From Dimorphilus gyrociliatus (lineage: Eukaryota > Animalia > Annelida), in contig CAJFCJ010000070.1 of assembly GCA_904063045.1 (NCBI GenBank), positions 95,496 through 159,495 of the forward strand: a stretch of 64,000 nucleotides of DNA. Reading direction: 5' to 3'. The notes beneath the pieces were generated by a model that saw nothing but the letters and a program-made list of their open reading frames with translations, was not told where the DNA came from and did not search any database. A program made the translations under genes and the position numbers. Of the stretch, positions 58,704 through 64,000 are shown in pieces; the stretch's first letter is position 1; every line of letters starts with the position of its first letter.

Positions 58704-59602
58704 CAGTGCATGACAATGACTTATAGCCACCTGTTTTATTTTTATATTTTTTCCTAAAATTTTTGTTTTGTAGAATTTCCAAATAACAATTAGAGGAAAT
58801 GTTTTAGACATTTGAAATATTCCATGCAGATGAAAATTCTGCTTCAAATATTTTTATTTTGTGTTTTCTGTACAATGAAAGTTTTACTCTATATACAAAA
58901 TCAAGACATTAATTTATAGCCAGGGATAAAAAAAATAAGGAATATTTTTTATTTAATAATCTCAAGGGTATCCTTGCTTTTCTAACACTCCTGGTCTCTT
59001 TGGAGACATGAATTGGTGCATTATCCTGTTGCAAGATGCAATCATTGCCATACAAGGCATGTGCACCAGGTATTATGTGATTATCAATCACATCAGTAAA
59101 TTTTGTTGAATTTCATGTTCTTTTCTACAATCTTTAGATGTAACTCTCCCACCATTGATATCCCTCCCCATACCATGAAAGACCCCTGTTTGAAATTTCT
59201 GTTGGAGAACCACCTCTCTTCTTTCCTGATATCATGTAGTAATAATCTAGCCCATCAGGACTATCCAAATTCCATTTCTTTTCATCAGTGAAAATAATCT
59301 TATTCCACTCTTGATAATTATGGAACTAATGGGCATAGCTTAATCTGGCATCTCAATTCCTGTTTTTAATTTTTGGTATTTGGTTCATTTTTTTGTATTT
59401 TAGAGACATTATGTTCAAAACTCTCTGAATTGTTCTGACACTTCCTCCTAGTCCTGCCCATTCCTTTATTTTTCTGGCACCAATGGCCTTATTTGAACCA
59501 GCATCTCGAATTTTTGCTCATATGGAGTGTGAATTCTTTTCTGAAAATTAATGGAAAAAAAAAAAGAAAAAGCAGGTGGCTATAAGTCATTATCATGCAC
59601 TG
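58704..59602 (-). mobile_element. Internally deleted Tc1/Tc3-like element with both TIRs
   Basis: TIR cagtgcatga(c/t)aatgacttatagccacctg at both ends, TA target duplication; WNKIIFTDEKKWNLDSPDG and ILQQDNAPIHVSKET. Confidence 0.9.
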
Positions 59603-60121
59603 TATATTAATTTACTTCTTTTTCCATTGATTCTTCTGATTTTTCTTAAGCTACAAGAGGTTTTTTAACGAATTCCCTCTCTGTTTGCTTATGAATTTCT
59701 GTCTTATTTCTCATTTAGGCAATCATTATCAAGATCATCCTCAGTTTCCTTATTATGCTCTCTCACTCAAATGTACAGTTTTACTCTAACCCTAACACTA
59801 ACCCTAACCCTTGTCACTTTTTGTCTATGCACATTATTCTGCTATCATTTCAACTTGGAAGTTCAACTTTAACCTGAGGATATAAAATTATATTACATGT
59901 TTTAAACTTATCTCTTTTCTCGGCCCTAATAACCTAACCATTCGAGTCTTTTCTTCCAACTTGATTTTGCAACTTGGCTAAAACTGCCTTCAAATAATTT
60001 TAAAACTAAAACTGCTAGTGATTATTCACATTCCTCATATTGTTAACTGGATTCCCTAGTAGTTTACTTATAACCCTGAAATATAGATTTCATATTTCTA
60101 AACATTTTAATAACCAAAAAT

Positions 60122-60560
60122 ATGTTTTTCTCGCAAATAGACTTTACTTTTAGACTGTGGAAGAATGATACTCATCAATTATACAATAAAACATCAGAGG
60201 GAGAAAAATTTTCTGGAATTGCTCAAGTTTCGTTTGACAACATTTTTTATAATGTTAATCCAAAGTTCATTAGGATAAAAGAAGTGGACCTTTTAGGTCA
60301 ATACTTTGGATTTAGTCAAGGAAGTCAAATTTTTTGATGAAAAGCAGAGATCAATAACAACAGTAAAATCTGTAAACTTTTATGATACTTGCTATTATTT
60401 ATTTGTTTCCAACAAGAAATATGATGTTTATGAAATTGAAAGCTTTTGCAACAGAAATGGTCTATCAATTGTTGATTTATCATTTATCAATACACATTAT
60501 ATTATTTATTTATTATTCATTGCAAAAAGATATTTAACATATTCCAAAAGCTAGACAAAC
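60122..60560 (+). pseudogene. C-type-lectin-like ectodomain remnant upstream of the LGR
   Basis: DTCYYLFVSNKKYDVYEIESFCNRNGLSIVD; disrupted. Confidence 0.3.
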
Positions 60561-61125
60561 AAGCATGGACTGAATGCTTTCATTTGATTTCCAATGATTT
60601 ATTAAAATTATCTAGAATTAAAAATACCAAATGTTCTAGTAAATATAAAAAGTATGTTTGTCAGTTTCTTCTAGGTATTGCATTTGGACAAAAAAAGTCT
60701 ATGGATGATATTAATGATAATACATTTGAACAGATATTGTCAATAAAAGAACAACCATTATTTCCTGGCTTCCTTCTAATTTCAACCAATTCTTCTATTG
60801 TTCTAAAGAAAGCTGTTATATTAATATCATTTTTGTTTGCGATGGAATTATTGATTGGAGAATGTTTGGACAAAAGTGAAATATATAATCAAGAGAAAAA
60901 TTGTCTTGATAATTCTGATGAACAAAACCAACATTTCCGTTAGTGTTAAAAATCAATGTACAAATAAGTGTCAATTTTTTGACATACATTAAAATGATTG
61001 ACTGATTGATTGATTGATTGATTGATTCAAAACTAGTTTAGCTAACTATAAATCTATTGACACACTTTCTGTTGAAATCACCTTTAAGAATAATTTTACA
61101 TACACATCTTCTAATCTTGCCACAG

Positions 61126-63146
61126 AGTATTGTAAACGTACCATATGTGACTTTAAATGCTCTGACGAGAATGAACTTTGTCCGCCCTCTTGCCAGCTAT
61201 GTGAAGATTATAGCTACAATGGTAACTGATTGATAACTGAAATATGGAATACTAAAGGTTTACGTTTCTAAAAAATATATAAACAGCGTGTCGCAAGCTA
61301 GCCAATTTGCATCTTTCTTTTTCAAAAAATTCTCCTATTTTTTAATTCATTCAATTTTTAAAAATTTTTGAAAAGGATTATTTTTCAAAAATATATTGTA
61401 CAACTTTGGTTATATTTTACATGCTTGAACTCTATTATTTTATGCAACATATACATGTACATCTTAAAACCTACGCAAGAAAATGCTATAACATTGGCCA
61501 AACATAAGTCTGATTAGTCAGCTTGAAGGCTCATCTTTAATTACCAATAAAGGTTTGGCCAAGTTATAATTTAATTAACTTGCCTAGGGTGTGGCCAAGT
61601 TATAATTCAATTAACCTTCCTAAATGTTGAACCTTGTAACATCCTGTTACTAAAGATAAATATGAACTACACATTTCGGCAACTGTAAAGTGATGATTGG
61701 ATGTCAGAGACAAACCTCAAAGTATATAAATCCTCATTATTCTCATTTGGCATGCAGCTTCCATCTGGACCCAAGGACCTGGGAAAATCATCTGGAAACA
61801 ACCTCCACTGGAACCATCCATCTACTCCTCAACATTGGAAGACAGTTTGGTAATTTGGCAACCTGCTATTACAAACTATCTACTCTGCTATTGAACTCTC
61901 ATATTGTTACTTGCTTAAGTATTATTATTGCGAATAAACCATTTTAATTTAAACATTTGTTTAAAGGTTCGAGTAGAACCAGTATTGTTATAACTTGCAA
62001 ACGCATAGATTTTGCCAGCAAGAGCAGTACAATATTTATATATATATATATATGTATACCAGTTTATTTTATCTTATCATTAAACTTGAATAATTCTACA
62101 TTAAAACAATTTCTAACTGAATTTTATTTCCCCAATCTTATATTTCTACAACTTTCAAATGTCTATTTTGAGATTGGATATGTATCAAAATCAATTTTTA
62201 ATCTAACACAAATTCAAAGTTTCAAACTGGAAAATGTTCATATTGAATCACGTGATAATTATATTTCTTTTTCTGGTATTATTCAATTACGTAATTTACA
62301 CTTGAATCGGATAAACATACATTATTTAAGTAGTGAATCATTTTTTAAACTTTCAAAACTTAAATATTTGAAAATAATCAATTGTCCAATTAAATCTATT
62401 GAAGAAGATGCATTTAAACATATTTCTAATCTAATAAGTTTGATATTTCATCGGGTAGTTCTTCCATCAAATTTAACCAAGAATTTTTTTAAACCATTAA
62501 TAAAACTTGAGTATTTCCGGAGTGAAAATTTCAAACTATGCTGTTTTATATCACAAATTCTTTCTCAGAAGATAAAATGCTATCCATTCATTTCAAATAA
62601 TCAAATTTGTGAACTATTACTAGGTTCACACGTGCTCAGAGTGTTTACTTGGATTTTAGGAATATGTGGATTAATTTTCAATATCCTATCAATCTTCTTG
62701 AGAATTTTCACATTCAAAAAATCAACAGCTATATTTTATTGTACTCTAGCATTTGCTGATTTGGTAGGATCTATTCAAACTGTAATATTTGCAATCAAAG
62801 ACAGCGAACTTAATGGCATATATATGGAAAATGAAAGTTTATGGAAATCCAGCAAACTATGTTCTATTGTAGGCTTATTTTCAACATTTTCGCTTATTCT
62901 ATCAACTACCAGTTTATTATTAGTGACTGCAGAAAAATATAGCGAAATTGATAATATAGGCGTTGGTAAATTCAGCCTATTAAGAGTAGTTATTTTATCA
63001 TTATCTAGCTGTCTTTTTGCATCGATATTGGCTGTGTTACCTTTATTCCTCTATAAAGTGAGCAACAGTATATTGTTTTTCTTCCATTTGTATAATTTAA
63101 TAATTCACAGGCCTACTACGAGCAATTTTCCACCTGTGTGTTTTAG
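61126..63146 (+). pseudogene. GRL101/LGR-type LRR-GPCR, truncated after TM4/ECL2; exons about 61126-61221, 62063-63057, 63111-63146
   Basis: Cys-rich exon (CDFKCSDENELCPPSCQLC) splices in phase 1 to LRRs (IEEDAFKHISNL), hinge FKLCCF..C..ICELLLG, TM1 LRVFTWILG, LAFADL, W.SS.LC, LLLVTAEKY; after a phase-0 intron AYYEQFSTCVF* stops. Confidence 0.8.
61460..62015 (+). mobile_element. Repeat family A, longest copy, inside the LGR intron
   Basis: Continuous homology with 36565-37045 and 8312-8674. Confidence 0.75.
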
Positions 63147-64000
63147 TAAATCCACTGCTCTTTACAGGCATGCTAATATCACAGATTTTGAAACAAAGAA
63201 AACTTAATAACAGAAATAAAAGGTCATTGATTGATTGATTGATTGAAATTAAGAAAAACCTTGTAGAATGATTATTGCTTTCATTGCAAACTGCAGTTTA
63301 TTGAAAATATTCAATTGGAAACAAATAATAAAAGTAAATTTGTTATTTCATACTTTCATGATCACTCATTCACACCTTTTTTTCAATATAGATTTAATAT
63401 TTTTGAAAGGCCTATACAAGAACTTTATAATACAAGATGAAGATCAAAAACCATTTGAGAAAACAGATACAAACAAAAAATTGACTTGAAAGATTTACAA
63501 CATATACATTCTTTCCTTTTGTCCAATGACAGCAATGGATTACTGTGTAAAGAATTCATATTCACTCAATTTTAAAGAAAATGCTATTTATCCACTGGCT
63601 AGTGATTAATTACACATATATTTGTTACATATTCATAATCAAATCATTTTTTTCCCTTCAGAAGAGATGTTATTACTATTCTTATGACGCTATTGAATGT
63701 TTTAATGAACAATACCAACAAAAATACATGTTCGATTTTGGATTTTATATTAGGCAGGCGTTGCAAAAAGAATATGTTCAAAGAAAAATGGGTGATCAAT
63801 TTGTTTGTTCAAGCAACAAACAACTTTATACATTATCACCTATGAATCATATGTACAAATCATAAATATATATATATATATATATATATACTGCATATAT
63901 TTAATAAAACATTAACAACTATTGAAATTTCATCCCTTCAACTTTACAACCAGTAATTCCTTTTCAAAATTTTCTAAATGCCCAACATTTGTATTTTCAC

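Noticed and set aside
61957-62062. N-terminus of the 416-aa ORF 61957-63207 (and ORF 61690-61947)
   Set aside because: Derived from the family A repeat tail and an (AT)n tract inside an intron; the real exon starts at the AG acceptor at 62063.
63581-63865. ORF 63581-63865 as a gene
   Set aside because: Possibly an exon, but no recognisable domain or reliable splice partner.

Overview
AT-rich animal genomic window with very short GT-AG introns (about 52-65 bp) and two assembly gaps (25662-26491, 49246-49255). An earthworm-fibrinolytic-type protease and TTAGGG-like motifs point to an annelid or other lophotrochozoan with a compact genome (Dimorphilus-like is my unverified guess). Apparently intact genes: a chymotrypsin/lumbrokinase-like protease, a 3-exon Ly6/three-finger GPI protein, a 1.4-kaa single-exon NACHT-LRR (NLR) receptor, a class A GPCR and probably an F-type-lectin-domain gene pair. 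The rest is mostly a graveyard of duplicated, deleted and locally inverted receptor/immune pseudogenes (RNI-type LRR arrays, LGR/GPCR pieces, multi-C-type lectin, CRAL-TRIO x2, RING x2, SUEL-PAN, nAChR-like) mixed with transposons: Mutator/MULE transposases with introns, a 9-bp-TSD MITE family carrying CCCTAA motifs, Tc1/mariner, LINE RT, Gypsy gag and a 5'-truncated retroposon-like repeat. Most unusual: (i) a decayed SAMHD1-like HD-domain gene with a substituted HD motif running into LRR-like sequence, (ii) a 1.3-kb mosaic of decayed Bacteroidetes-like gene fragments (YjeF/NnrE, NRPS) joined to 28S rRNA and actin fragments, and (iii) a Pack-MULE-like element carrying a host GPCR fragment. All homology calls are from motif recognition by eye; no searches were run.
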